A stretch of 64,000 bases of DNA, from assembly GCA_051294375.1 (NCBI GenBank), contig CM119269.1, positions 7,421,446 to 7,485,445 on the forward strand, read 5' to 3'. The stretch comes from Paraspadella gotoi (lineage: Eukaryota; Animalia; Chaetognatha). Below, one piece after another: positions 49,160 to 63,215 of this stretch (position 1 is its first letter; each line of letters begins with the position of its first letter). The notes beneath the pieces were generated by a model. That model worked only from the letters and a program-made list of their open reading frames with translations, had not been told where the DNA came from and did no database searches. The position numbers were made by a program, and so were the translations under genes.

Positions 49160-52100
49160 ATGGCCGCTGCCTTCAAACGCCTTCGACATTCGGCCGTCTC
49201 AGTCAAACTCCCGGAGTTCTGACCAACGAACGGCCGATCCTTCTGGTTCGTCCGAGCGGGCGCCTGAAGTCCCAACTCGCCGTCAAGAACAATCTCGGTT
49301 TCATCTTAACGAAGTATCACCACGTCTTAACGGCTTTTGAACGCAGGGAGGTGGCACGGAAAATACGAGATTTTTTTCCTCGACGCCCCCCAGAATCAAA
49401 AAACCGGAATCCGTACGAGGGCCTCCAAAACGCGCCTACTGGAGGCCCGTACAACCGAGGAGAGGCGGAACGCGGCGGAGGAAACTAATTCCCTCTACGA
49501 ATCTTGGGGGAAAAACACCCTCGGGATTTTTCTCCACCGGCATCTCGGCCCTCGCAGAGGGTGATAATTGGACGTCGACGGACCTGCTGCGCGGCCCTCA
49601 CCGCTGAGAGGCCCTCCTCGAAGTCGGCCGTCTGTGCGTCACTCAGCACGCCGGCGGAGCTGAGGATCCTCCCAAGGCCGGCGGCGATAGAGTTATTTCG
49701 ACGCCGATGGCCACCAATGGTGAACGACTCAATATGCGACGTCATCCGTGCGAGTAGCGGCACTCCCGACATTGGCGCGGCCTTCACCCCGCGTATGCCT
49801 AGGCGTCAAGGGAACCGCATATGGTCTGAACGCGCGGAAGAATGCCAGACTGTTTCGCCCAGCCTTGCAGCCGCAATGACATGTGCTGCGATCATCGCAA
49901 GTATTCGGCGAAGGGAGCTCGGCGCTTGCAACCGCCGTGCACCCAGCAAGGCCGCGGCGACAAAGAGAGAATTTATCAGGCCGGAAAACCCCGAGCCGGC
50001 CGGGCACATGAGCATGTCGGTTCGGCGGATTTCATCTCTGCTCCTGCGTCCGGATTATACTATCCGGCCTCGAGTTCCTTCGTCGAAACACGGCGTGCCG
50101 CTAGGTCAGTCTTTTTGCCGGCCTCGGCCTGGATAAGGCCAACCGGCGGCCCTCGACGCCGCTATGGAGCGGCGAATGGTTCCTCCATTCCCGCCTACGG
50201 AATCAAAGCGACCATGACTCTAACGTCTCTCGACGTCAGGACCTTTAGTGGCCGTTTTGTCGTAGCCAACGTGGACGCCGGGGGGGGGGCCCCCCAAATT
50301 TGGGGCGCCCGAATTTCCTCCGACGCCCATGGTCTCTAGTCACGTGGGGCCACAAGAGGCTGCCAACTGTTCCGACGCCACGACGTTCGAAACGAATCGC
50401 TGCAGCCGCCAAACGCCCGTCGCCCTTACGAGCCGGGGATCCCACCGCCGGAGGTGAACAATGTCTTCATCAAACTTCTTCGAGATTGCCCTGAACTGAC
50501 GACGCCCACTTTCTCGATCGCCGCGCCGGGTCCATGGCGGTGGCCATCATATATTCCGACCAAGTCATCCGGTTTTCGCCTCGAGAGCAAGGCGTCTGTC
50601 TCCGGAGAAGCTGGGGAGCGGCCGATGGCCGAGTTCGCCGATTGAGAGCGGCCTCGGCATCGTCCGCCCATCGTCAAGCCCATGGGGACCTTCGCCCTTC
50701 ACGTTCGTGTCTAAAGCCGACGGCGGTTTCCCGCATTGCGGCGATACCCGCCGTCTGAACGCCGTGACGTCAGCACGACCGTTACCCGGTGCAATGCATC
50801 TCCATGATTTCTCCGCCGACTTGGCGGGCATGACCCGGTTTTCAGCAAGATCGACCTTCTCAAAGGTTTATCAGTCAGATACGGTGGCGCGCTGAAGACG
50901 TTCCAAAGACCGCGATCATCACTCCTTTTTGGGTCTTATGAATACCTGCGGGGATGCCTCTTTTGCGACTAAAGAACGCGGCGCTCAGGCTTTTCCAGCG
51001 TCTAATGGACTCGCGGTCTTGCCGGGACTCGCCGGCTGTGTTCTACTTGGGATGACATCCTCGTCGCGTACGAGGGACGCTCAAACAACACGAAGTGCAT
51101 CTCGCGGCCTTTTCTAGCGGTCTCGGTACAACGATGGTCTCGTCGTCAAGAAGGAGGAAATGCTTTCGGCGTTGCCATCCTTGGACTTCCTCGGCCATAG
51201 GATTGACGCAGAAGGGGGTGGAAGCCGCTGCCTTCGAAGGTGGGGCTATCCGCAGCTTTTCCGCGTCCCCGCGTCAATCAAAGGCCTCAAAGGTTCCTCG
51301 GATGCTCAATTCTTTTTCATCATTTATTCCTTCTGCGGCCGACAAGATTGGCGCCTCTTTACGCCGCGGCCCTCCGAGGCCCGCCCCCAACCGAAGGACT
51401 GTGGATTTGGACACCAGAGAGGATCGGCGCTTTTGGACGCCGCTCAAGAAGCCTCGCCGCAAGCCACAATGCTCAATACACCCTTCCTTGGGTGACGGGC
51501 CGCCGAGCCGCTCTCCACAGTCGATGCTTCTGAACATCGCCAATCGGCGGCGTTCTGGGAACAAAGGTCGGGCGCGGTCAATTTGGCCGTCCTTCTCGCC
51601 TTTTCTCCAAACCGTTGCGTTGGAACGCAAACAACGCGATATCCTCCTACGGACCGGGAGCCTCTGCGGCGCACTTGGCCGTTCCCGCCATTTCCGGTAT
51701 TTTCTCGATAAGGTTCGCCCGTTCACCCGCTATTCACGGATCACGTGAGTTTGGTTCCATCCCATCGCGAAGAATACCGACAGCAAGTCTGCCCGGAGCA
51801 GGCGAAATCAACTCTGCCGCCAATCTCTGAATATACGACGGACTTTCCGCCACATCTCGGGGCAAGTCCAAAACGTCGTCAGCCGACGCGGCTTCCCGCG
51901 TCTTCATTCCAGAGGACTTGTCGCACGTAGGGTGGTGGTCCCAGGCTCTGGCCGACTCCGCATTTCGCCTCCATCGCCAACGACCCAGGAAGACAAGGAT
52001 CCGGATGTACAGCGCCTCCTTTTCGCGCTGAGAGGACAGCGTTAGTCCTGAAAGAAGCTTCTCGTCGACGGCCATCGCAGTTCATCTGCGATGTCGCGAC

Positions 52101-53444
52101 CGGGGCGTCGCCCGTCCGGTGGTACCTCGCCAATGGCGCCCGGGGACGGGGGTTTTGACGCCAATCCGACAACCTTATTCATCCGGGAATCAAGACGGTC
52201 GAAATCACTCGTCTCTTAAAAGATTTGTCTGGCCGCCGAAAATAAACAAAAGACGTCACCGGTTGGGCACGTGCCTGCGCCATGTCCAAAGGTCAAGAGT
52301 CCGCGTCCCACGCCTCGGCGCTCCGCTCGAGAGTTTCGCCCCGCCGGCCAAGAAGATTCCAACATTGTTACGTGGATCTTGTCGGGGCCCGCTGCCCGTT
52401 ATTCTCGCGGCGCCTCTTATCTCCTCACCCGCTGGTGGACCGTTTCACCCGCTGGCCAGAGGCGTTGCCCTTGTCTTGATTATCAGGGGCGACGACGGTT
52501 AGTGCAAAGCCTCTCCATCGGCTTGGGTCCGCGCGTTTCGGCTGTCCACTTCACATAACGTCGGACTCGCGGAGGCTCAGGTTCGTTTCTGAGCTGTGCC
52601 GCCAACTGGGCCAGCGTCTCCGGCGCCAAAACGTGCATCATACGACCCATTCTTATCACCCTCAGGCCAACGGAATGGTGGGAGAGGTTTCCACCGGACC
52701 TCAAAGCGTCGCTGCGCGCCAAGCTTGTCTGGCGCTAGATTGGGTTGACAAAGCTCCCTTGGGCTCTCTCTGGCGCTCCGCTCCGTTTCCTACAAGGCCG
52801 ACCTAAAGCCATATACCTCGTGGTCAGAGTTGGATCTACTGGAGAAGATTCTGGCGGCTTCCCGGCCGAAATCATTCCCGGACGGCACACTGAGGATCCG
52901 CCCGATCCTAGATGCGCTAGCTGCAAAGCCCTGCGGCGCCGAAGATGGACGCCCTTCGAGAACCCGGTCGACGGGACACGGCCCACGCAGATCATCCCCA
53001 AAGAATACTGCCGGACGGGCTTACAAAGGTTTGCCGGTTTTGGGTTGCGTCCGCCCGCGGGACGCCTCTCACCGTGGCTCTCAGCCGCAGGGTCTACGAC
53101 GGGCGCCGAGTTCCGACGGTCGTCTCCCGCCGTGCTGCAAATTCCGCCTCGGGACTTTGCCCGGACGACCTTCTCCGATGAAGTCTTCCGGTCTCTCGAC
53201 GCCTAAGACCGTTTTGTCGAAGACAGCGACGCGGCGCCGATCGCATCCCCGCGGCGCCTCCCAAGGCCGTGCGGCCCACCCATCTCGCTCCTCTCGCCAG
53301 CCGCGACGGCGACGCCACTCAGCCCGCAGTTTGACGAAGAAGCACCAGCCCGCTGTCGCCGAGCCGGGAGATCCCACATCGTCTTCAACAAGCACTGTCG
53401 AGGCCGACGGAGGGTCCGGTTCGACCCCCTTTACGCTATTCTGA
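49160..53444 (+). pseudogene. gag-pol (many frameshifts)
   Basis: Gag VKLPEF and a CHCC-type motif (C.DHRKYS...C...C). Protease ETG-like motif plus RSVF. RT motifs RRLNAVT, LHDFSADL, KTAIITPFG and LDFLGH. RNase H motif RHFRYFL. Integrase motifs VDLVG, DRFTRWPEA and YHPQANGMVERFH. Confidence 0.9.
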
Positions 53445-53480
53445 ATCAATCCTCCATCTCACTACCGAGACGTCGGTCTT

Positions 53481-53490
53481 GGGGGGGCAG
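53481..53490 (+). promoter_or_regulatory. polypurine tract
   Basis: gggggggcag immediately before the 3' LTR. Confidence 0.8.
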
Positions 53491-55745
53491 TTGAAGACGC
53501 TGTCGGATCAGCGACCACGACAAAATATCTCGCCTCAACGCCGCATTGGCAGAGCCGGCGAAAAAACGACGAATTCAGTAGATAGTCTTAATCGAAAAGC
53601 CCTAACTAAAAGATTTCACAGCCTCTGAACGATGAAACGTTTTAGTTGTTTATTGTAGAATATTCAATGTTACAAATGACGATCATTACAGTTTGTAAAC
53701 TACTCGATTGTACCTTTCGTTCGACATGTATTTTTAAAACATTTTGTTTATTTATCGAACTAATGTAAACGTATTTTTTGTATCCATCAAAAACAAACAA
53801 AAAACGGATCAATGTGCACTTGGTAAAATTACGGCGTGGCTTTCGTCAGCGTCCGATCGCAAAAAATATTTAGCGTTGCTACATGTTCTTTATCGTCGCT
53901 ACGTAATTATCAAAATGATAATAAACTTACTTAATGCCCAAAAAGTGCCCCTTCTATCCCTCATTTTTTTTTTCTTCCCGACAAAAATAATGTAAATAAA
54001 AAAACCGAACAAAGATATTTTTTTTCTCTCTCGCCGAAATTAAAACTGTTTGCCAGAAATCCATTAATTTCCAAGTTTTTTTTTAAGTCAATCTTGTGTC
54101 GAAATCGCGAATTCGTATGATATCGTATCGAATTTATACGATCGTCCTTTATTTAGCTCAATGACGTTTATGTCGTGATAAAAGTTTTAGTGTGAAAACG
54201 GGAAACTTGATAAAAGAGGAAGTCTATCGACTGTCGCTTTGTCGTTGATAGGAGTCTCTTGCCTTTTTCATATTTTGTTTATTTGACTTGTATATTTTTT
54301 ATTTAATCGTAAATTAATCTTAAATCCTTTTTTGACTTGGCTTAATTTTCTTTTTTCAATTTTGTCAACATCGAGAAATTTGAGCGAAGAATTTTTAAAT
54401 CGTACGTTGAGAACAAAAATAGATAAGCCAAGCGGAGAAAAAAAGTGCACTTTGCCGCTTCGGATCTCTCTCTCTCTCTCTCCCCTCTTCTCCTCTCTCT
54501 TCCTCTCTCCTCCTCTCTCCTCTCTCTCCTCCCTCTCTCTCTCTCTCCGAAGAACCGGGAAACAGCAAAAGTAAATATTTTTCCTTTTTCTTTTTTGGTA
54601 CGTAGACCTAAAGGGAGAAAAGAGGATTTAAGAAGTGAGGAGTCAGGAGAAAAAACACTACGATAAGATTAAATAAAAAGCATGAAAAGGGAAAGACAAG
54701 GTCAGAAGAAAGAAAGAAAGAAAGAAAGGGATAAAGAAGGAAAAAGGAAAAAAAAAAAAAAAAAAAAGAAAAAGAAAAGGAAAGAATACGGAAAGAAAGA
54801 AAGAAAGAAAAAGAAAATAAAAAATAAAAAACAAATCCTTCCCAAAAAAATTAAGATGAAACTAAACATAATGTGTAAAAGATTTTCCCAGTTAGATCTC
54901 TTCCTTTCTCTCTCTCTCTCTTTCTCACCCTCTCGCTCGTCACTCTCTCTCTTTCTCTCCCTCTCTCTCTCTCAACATCGGTTTAGTTTTTGGCAGCTGA
55001 ATTTTTTAAAAAAATAGTATGAAACGCGCCAAAAACCAAAAACCACCTTTGATGTTGTTCTGACCCCTGATATGAAATCAGTTCGATCCTGAACAGAATT
55101 TTTGATTCGATTTTTTTTCTTTTCAAGTTAAACTACGGTAGAGAGATTAAGGGAACACTGGCACGTGGCAGTCGTGGCACAGTTAGGGATGGCAGATATA
55201 GCAAGAAATTGTGGGTTGTGATGTTAATTTCCGGTTATTGAACGCCAAGTTGACAAAGATTGAATGATTCTCAGGGATGTGACTTATTACTCTTTAATTA
55301 ATTTTATTAAAAAAAAAAAAAACGTGAATTTCGAGTAGATTTTGCTTGTGACAAAATCAAGGAGAGAGACTTGACTTTAATTACCTTTTTCAATGATGGA
55401 CTTAATCCGTGGGGAAAAAACTGATTGACCACTAGAGTGGAACTCTCGGGAACAAAAAATTGTATTTGAGATGTTTTACAATGATAAATATACGACGATA
55501 CGTGTAGTAGGATAATTATTATGGACCACAGACCAGGTCAAATGGCCACGAACTCAAACAGCGACCAAAGACCGGATTTCACTACAGAATCGTGGAAAGA
55601 ATTTTTCGACTTTTTTTGCTTCTAAATTTAACTGTTGCTAGAAAAACCAAAACCCAAAACCAAAACAAGAACGCGATTCCAAAAAAAAAACACATTTATT
55701 CATGAAATTAACACGATAAATCTGGTGGTCGCAAGATTGTGCAAG

Positions 55746-56866
55746 TTACGCTATCAAATGACTAAATCCAAAAAGCGGCAAAGCTGCCAGCGCCGCCCCG
55801 ACGCCGACGAAAACGAGAGAAAAGAGGAAGAAGACGAGACCGTAGCGACGCAATTCGGTGCCGACGCCGACCCGCAGCGACGACGAAATGACGGCGCCTG
55901 CAACGACGGGTCCCAACGCCCGCGAGGCCATGGAGGAGGTAAGAGCGGCGCCGTTGACGACCCCGCGGTACCGTGCGGGGCTGAGCTGATTGATCAGCGC
56001 CGCGAGACTTTGCCAGGCGGCGCTGGCGAAGGATATTTGAATGGAGTAGAGGAGAAGGAGAGTAGGATGACGGAAGAGGACGAAAGCGGGAGGAAGAGTT
56101 GTTGTTGTTGTTGTTGTTGTCGTCGTCGTCTTCGTCGTCGTCGTCATCGTCGTCGTCTTCTCCTCCAACAATTTCGTCGTTGGCAGCAGCAGAGAAAACG
56201 CGGCGGCGCCCATCGTCCACAGAACGGCGCAGCGACGCAGCCCGATCCTGGCGGCGACGCGGGGTACGACGAAGACGCCGACGACGACGCCGGGGACGTT
56301 GACGACGCCGGAAACGACGCCGAGGTTGGACGGCGTCATTCCGAGTCCGCCGTGAGACGCGGCGACGCCGGACCAGAGCGTAACGGCGTCGCGGACGCCG
56401 AGAAAGGCGAAGGCGAAGATGGAGTTGAGGAGGAGGAGGAAGAGGAGGAGGAGAGAGCGTCGAGGCATGTCGTCGTTGTTGTTGTTGTCGTCGTCGTTCC
56501 TCTGGCTTATGTCGTCGCTCGTCGAAATGAGGAGACTCGTTTCGGTCTGTTTTCTTGTTTCGTTTTTTATTTCGTTCCGTTTGCTTCTTTCGTTTTTTAT
56601 TTCGTTCTGTTTTCTTTTTTCGTTTTTTATTTCGTTCTGTTTTCTTGTTTCGTTTTTAATTTCGTTCTGTTTTCTTGTTTCGTTTTTTATTTCTTTCTGT
56701 TTTCTTGTTTCGTTTTTAGTTTTGGTTTTGTTTTCGACGAATACGACGACGAGACGACGGCGAAGAGACAAACGCGGAGGGAAAGACGCTGACGAAAGGA
56801 AAAGGCGCCGGCGTCTAGTAAAAAGTGAAAAGAATTTTAAAAAATTTAAAAAAAATAATAATAATA

Positions 56867-56920
<54 letters not shown>

Positions 56921-56988
56921 TAATAATAATAATAATAAATAAATATAATAAAACAATGATAATAATAATAATAATAATATATATAATA

Positions 56989-57020
<32 letters not shown>

Positions 57021-58460
57021 TTAATAATAATATAATAATAATAATAAAATAATAAAAAATGATAATAATAAATAATTAATAATAATAATAATAATTAATA
57101 ATAATAATAATAATATAATAATAATAATAATAATAAAATAATAATAATAATATAATAATTCGCCCCCCACCCGCCACGAATCCGGCGCCATCGGGCCGAC
57201 AGTGACGACGGTGAAACCGACGAAGACGACCGGCGACGTTTTCGGGATGTGGGCGGCGGCGTCGGCGGCGTCATCGCCCGCCGCGGCGCGCGTCAAGGCC
57301 CTGACGCCGTCGGCGGCGCCGCCGACAAAACGCCACGCCAGCGCCGACGTCAACGTTGTGGCGGCGCCAAAGCCGACGCAGGCGGCGCCGACGGCGAGAA
57401 GGGAAATGACGAGGACGCGGCGCCGACCGAGGAGATCAGAGGCGCCGCCCCAGAGGAGGTTGGAAATGATGGAACCGAGATAGAAGGCGGCTTGGGGGGG
57501 GAGATGGAGGGAGAAGGGAGGGGGAGAACTTGTGGACGAGGAAATGATGGGTATGTTTCGTTTACAAACTAAATTTACGTATATTTTTAAAAAACAATTA
57601 GATAATTGATAAAAATGTATCCGCGAAAGAAAAAATTATGAAAAAATACGTAAAGAGAGGGAAAAAATAATACAGTAAACCTCAAAAATCTTAAAAACAT
57701 TTCATGCAGTCATGAAGACTAAATATTACGAAATAAATGAACGAGCCAAAAAAATGACAAAAAAAAAAGAATTTAAAAATCACAGCTATTCCTTCACTCA
57801 CTATTTGATTTACACACAACCAGACCTTCACCCGCTTACACGCTCTATTTCAACATGGTTGCTTCAGTACAAACAATAATAGCAAGTAAGACTAGATCTT
57901 ATGTCAAAAACAAGGTGAGGTTTAGCTTATAAAGTGGAGAAAGTAATTATCCTTTTAGGGATAAAATAGTTAAGCTGGTTAAACAATGTAAAAATATATT
58001 AGTAGCCAAAGAAGCTACGAAGGTTACGGATACTGTAGAATCTACAGTTTTTTCGGTAGGTTATCGTTAATAGCTACACTAAGTTTACTCGCCAAGAATA
58101 TTTTGACTTCACAATCATACAATAAAACTGGAAGGCAATGATATCCTCACCCGTCAAGATTCCTCCTTCGTATCCAATATCTTCTTCCTCGAATCCAAAA
58201 TCTCTCACGATTTTCGGCGCCAAACTGAAGATCATCGAGTAGACGCAGACGCTGCCGCAGAGCGCCGTCGCCAGCCCCACCAGCGCCGCGAGGGACGGCG
58301 GCGACGCCGCGTCGGCGGCTGACGGCGCCGCGACGGGAAACGGCTGTGACGGTGAAACTGGCGACGAAGACGATGACGACGTCGGCTGCGTGAAAACAGT
58401 CGTGAATTTCAGTGATGGAAACGGAAGAAGAATCAAGGGTTTTTTCTTCTCCGATGACAT
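55746..58460 (-). CDS. MFS transporter, ZIFL/DHA1-like (exons 58460-58151, 57490-57171, 56814-55746)
   Basis: EEDIGYEGGIL, MFS motif A WGGASDLLGRRRVL, WRFVGG, GGLGMTPSNLG and RGVVNGA...RALGP. The exon 1/2 phase is consistent (G|CC). Some indels. Confidence 0.88.
56538..56722 (-). repeat. in-frame 30-bp coding tandem repeat (NETRKQNEIK x~6) in the MFS central loop
   Basis: tttcttgtttcgttttttatttcgttctgt units. Confidence 0.9.
56853..57158. repeat. (AAT)n microsatellite filling nearly all of MFS intron 2
   Basis: Imperfect aat run of ~300 bp. Confidence 0.97.
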
Positions 58461-59902
58461 CGTCGTCGTCGTCGTCGTTTTTGTTGTAATCGGTGTTGCC
58501 TGTCGATTGACTCTGGTTTCTCTCCTGACTATCGAATTTTTCCTCGAGAAGGAAAAACCAATTTAGCTCAATTTGTAGTGTCGTATCTTTCTGTGCTTTT
58601 TTTCTTGACCCGCTAGTGGTACTCTGTTTGTCTGTCTTTCTCTCCCTCTGTCTCTCTGTCTCTCTGTCTTAATTAATAATTTTTAAACTGTACCGTAAAA
58701 CTTCTTTTTCTTGTGCAGATAACTGTGTGATTACGTTTTAAAACTTACATATCGTATAATTTTCATTTTACTATGAGGGGTCGCGGCGATGGAATTTGCA
58801 AAAGAAATTGAAGCCACGATACAAACAGGCAGTAGCTCAACTCTAGGCGTTCTACTTAATATTATCTATTAACTATTAACTATATTAACTAAGCCTTAAC
58901 TTAATTCTATATCTCCAAGTTTTTAAAGAATATTGTAAAAATGTAAACCCTGTAAATTCTAAACTTTAATTCTGATCCTGATCACTTAATCTTTAATCCT
59001 TAGCCCTAGTACCAAAACTAATTTCGCATCTATAATATATAAATATAATATAATATATATAAATCGTTAACCTAATCCCTCAAAGTTTAATATTATTTTT
59101 TCCAGCTTCTTTGAAAAAATCCGACCACTGAAGGCATTGACCTTTTGTCTTAAGCTCGTGACATAAACGTTCTACCTCTATGTTATGTGACTTTCAACAT
59201 GATTTGCCGAAATAACAAATGAACACCATCTGATGACCTTAATCATTAAGTTAATGTCTACTTGAACCTGAAAATGATGATATAATAAAAAAATATCTTG
59301 AATATTTATCATAAGTCTTTCTTTTTTTTTTAATGGACTGAAAAAGTTCCTTCCTGAAATTTTAATAACAAATAAGGAAATGATTCACAGTTTCTTTTTT
59401 TTTTTTGTATTCGGCAACGATGGTAATAAATACGGCGTAGCATAAGTGATAATAAAAAAGAACATCAAATAAATAGTAGGCTATCAAATCATGCAAAAAA
59501 TCTTGGTCTATGATAATGATGCATGAATGGTAAAAGAATTTAATGATTCGGAATCATTTGGTAAAATGTAAAATGAAATATAACTCCTAAACGTTAACCA
59601 ACGAATCAAATGATTTTCGAGAGACTAAAAATAAAAACAGTGACGCTAGTTTCATCGAAGAAATGTGATATTTACAACAACAAAAAAAACAATTTAAAAA
59701 AACTATTTATGACATTTATGGGGCAATTAGGATCGAGTTAGAGCCTTTTTTTAAAAAGCAGCGCAGGGCTTGGGGTTTTAAAAGGAGAATAAAGGAATTG
59801 TCGAAATAATTAAGGGTAGGAAAATTGGAAAGAGGGAATGAGGCAAGGAAATCTTTAAGGAATCTTTAGGCACTAAATGGAAGATGGAGATGGAGAGCGA
59901 TA

Positions 59903-60011
<109 letters not shown>

Positions 60012-60068
60012 TGGTCCTTGAATTCGAGAGATCGAAATATGAATTATCTTCGCCGACGAATTCGAGCG

Positions 60069-61552
60069 TCAGACTTTTGTTTGCGCCGTCGTCGTGATGA
60101 CATCGGGTTTCCGGTAGGGAGCGCTGGTGGTGAAAATGGCCGCCCCAGCGTCGACTCCGCCGCCGCCCGTCGATTTTCGATGGTCTCGTCTCCTCTGCGA
60201 TTCGAAACTAGAGAGTCTCGGATACGACGCCGACGCCGACGACCCTAGCGAAGGCGGCGGCGGCGGCGGCGGCGCTGCGCCGCTGGGACGGGACAGAGTA
60301 GCGGCGGTGCTGCGGGATGGGGCGGGAGCTGCGGTGGAAAGCGGGCGGCGAAGGCGCGACGTCGGGTCGCGCCGATCCCTATCGCTCGAGTTTTTCGGCG
60401 GCGGTGGCGGTGGCGGCGGCGAAGTCGGTCCCGCGTAAGAAGCCGACAAGATGGCGGGACCAGTGGGGGAGAGAAAGGGGATGGACGCCGTCGGATCAAC
60501 GACGCCGGCGTCCGAAGACGACGGCGCCGTTTTAGCGCCGCTTTTCGTAGCCGCCGCCGTTGGTGCTGGCGTCGTTGCATTTGTCTGAGGCGGCGGCGGC
60601 GGCGGCGGTGAATACTGCCGCGACGCGGAGCGATGGTTATAATAAGGCGGCGCTGCGGGCGCGTAATGCAGCGGCGGCGGCGGAGGTGACGACTGCGACG
60701 TCGTCGATGGCGGCGGCGGGTATTTCGTCGCCGGCGTGATCGGCGACGTTTCCGACGCCGACGAAGAGTTCGAGACGTCGATTCCGCTGCTGCTGTTGCT
60801 GCGGTTACTGCGTCTGCTGCTGTTGCAAGTTTTGTTGGCGTGAGTCTTGACGCAATCGTCGTTGGCGACGCCGAGTTTGAGATCGAAGAAGGGACTCGTG
60901 GCGTGAAACTGTGAATGGAATGAGAGAGAACTCGTGATTAATTGACTCCATTTATATTTGATAAGCAATTTTAATCATTATCACGGGAAAACTTTATCAA
61001 ATTTCAGCATTTTCATTAGCGGAAGCTCAACATTCGGTTTCCCCAAGAAATTTTTAACAAGTTTTTTTTATAGTTTCGTCTAAACAGTTAGGAATTCTTA
61101 ATAGATAAAAAAAAATGTTTAATTATCAAATTCTTCGTCCGAAATGAGGAAATTAAGCGGTTATCATCAAATTGGGTTTGTTTTTTTTATGGAAATTAAA
61201 GATTCAAAGATTCTTTCTCCAATGAGTCATAAAAATTCGGCGCCAAAATTAACGATTTTGGCGCCAAAATTTAATTTGAATCCCGAGATTTGGTCGCGTG
61301 GAGGGAAACCGCGTGACGAAATCGATCGGAATTTCTTACGGTTTTAATTTGACGCGAATTAAATATTGATGATGATTCATTCATGGGGAATTGATACAAA
61401 ACTGTCTCATAATGAAAAAATATCCTATTGGCTAAATTATTTCGCCTGGACTCTCTCTGTTTCTTCGATCTGAGTCACTATCCGTGTGTCTGTCGATCCG
61501 TCGTCCTACTTTTTTTCTTCTCTCTCTCGTCTCGTCTCTTCAGTCTCTCTCT

Positions 61553-61588
<36 letters not shown>

Positions 61589-62526
61589 TCTCTCTCTTCT
61601 CTCTCTCTCTTCTTTTGATCTATCTCTCCCTCTCATCCGAGCAACGAAACAATAATTTTTAAAACGTAAACAAACTCGTTAATTTAGAAATAAATTTTCT
61701 CTCCCGATTATTCTGTTTCTTTTTTTCTTCTCATCAAAGATTAACTCTAAACAGACGCCCACGAGTCGTCGAGTCTGGTTCTAAGGTTTCAACCTAAAAT
61801 CGCAACAACGACAGAGCATCAACAAGAACAGAAACCGGAGTGACACAATGCTGAATTCGTTAAATTTAAAAGACGAAATTTCAAATATTTAAAGTTAAAC
61901 TATTAAAAGATTAAAATTAAACGATTAAATTTAATATTTAAAAGTTAAAATGAAAAACAATCGCAGTGCTTTAATCTTTCGCCCCGGGCAAAACCGAATC
62001 TGCCTGCCCGGACGAAGCAGTGATCTCTCGATAAGCAGTCTTAAGAATGTGGGCAAACCAGCGCGTGGCGAGTCAGGGACGGGAGAAGGGGCGGGGCGAG
62101 AGGCAAAGGACACGAGCAAAGAGCAGGATAAGGCAAAGGACAATAGTTGTTTTTTTTTCTTTTCGAAATATGATGAACTCGGTAGCGGAGAGCGGGACGA
62201 ACACGCGAGCTTCGTGGACGCACGAAAAGAAGAAGGGAGGAGAGATGCGATCGACTGAGGCTTATCCGGTTATCAATGACTATTCGAATAAGAAAAGAAA
62301 AAAAGGAAAAAAGAAAGAAAAGATAAAAAGAAAGAAGTTCGAGACCCGATAGCAGATTTTGGAGGCTGAGGATCGGATGGGATTCTGCAGAAGACGGGAC
62401 AATCGGCACGATGCCTTTGCAAAAATGCAATGGAGACAACGATGGGCGGGATCTTAGATGGACATCTTTTTTTTTTAACTCGTACATCATGCGATATCGA
62501 ATTAGGGGGGAAGGGAGGCGCAAGGA

Positions 62527-62576
<50 letters not shown>

Positions 62577-63125
62577 AAAGAGAAAGTGAGAAGGCCATAA
62601 TGATCCCACCCTCAAAAAAATCGATGCCTCGTTTTTTCTTCCCCTTCACCCGATTTTTTTTCTCCCTAATGAGTTTCGATGTCACGTGACTAAGGCGTCG
62701 ATGTCACGTGACTTTTATTCGCGCGTCACGTGAGATCATTGGACGGAAAATGAGATTCGCGTGGGAAAAAACCTCGAATCAAGAGGAAAAAAGATTGTGA
62801 CAAAAAAAAAATAAAAGTGACGAACCAACGATTTCCCTTTTCCTTTGAAATCGGAAAAAAAAACTTTTTCCTTTTCTTTCTTTTCCTTTTCTTTCTTTTC
62901 CTTTTTTTCATTTCTACCCTTTGTGGTTTCCTTCTTTTTTCTTTTCTTTTTTTATTTATTTGTTTTTCATTTCGTTCTTTCTTTCTTTTTTTAAATAAAG
63001 ACCAATAGACTTTTCGGTGACTGAAAAGAACCGAACGACCAAATGTTTATCTTTTGCTCTCATTATTTTTTTTCCCCTTCTTTCAATCCCATTACCGCTC
63101 TTTTTTTTCATCCTATCTCCGATAT

Positions 63126-63215
<90 letters not shown>

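Larger units (their letters stand above)
48535..53956 (+). mobile_element. full-length Ty3/Gypsy LTR retrotransposon, CsRn1/Kabuki-like clade
   Basis: ~465-bp LTRs (48535-49001, 53492-53956) starting TGAAG. PBS and PPT are present. Flanks are tcccg and tccct. Domain order is PR-RT-RH-IN. Confidence 0.93.

Noticed and set aside
49000-53450. GC-rich block as bacterial contamination or horizontal transfer
   Set aside because: It is bounded by LTRs with PBS and PPT and encodes Gypsy gag-pol motifs.
56538-56722. 30-bp periodic repeats here and at 29.9 kb as a CRISPR array
   Set aside because: There are no unique spacers and no cas genes, and the context is a eukaryotic exon or intron.
55635-56792. 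385-aa plus-strand ORF
   Set aside because: It is the antisense shadow of the GC-rich MFS exon and has no recognisable motifs.
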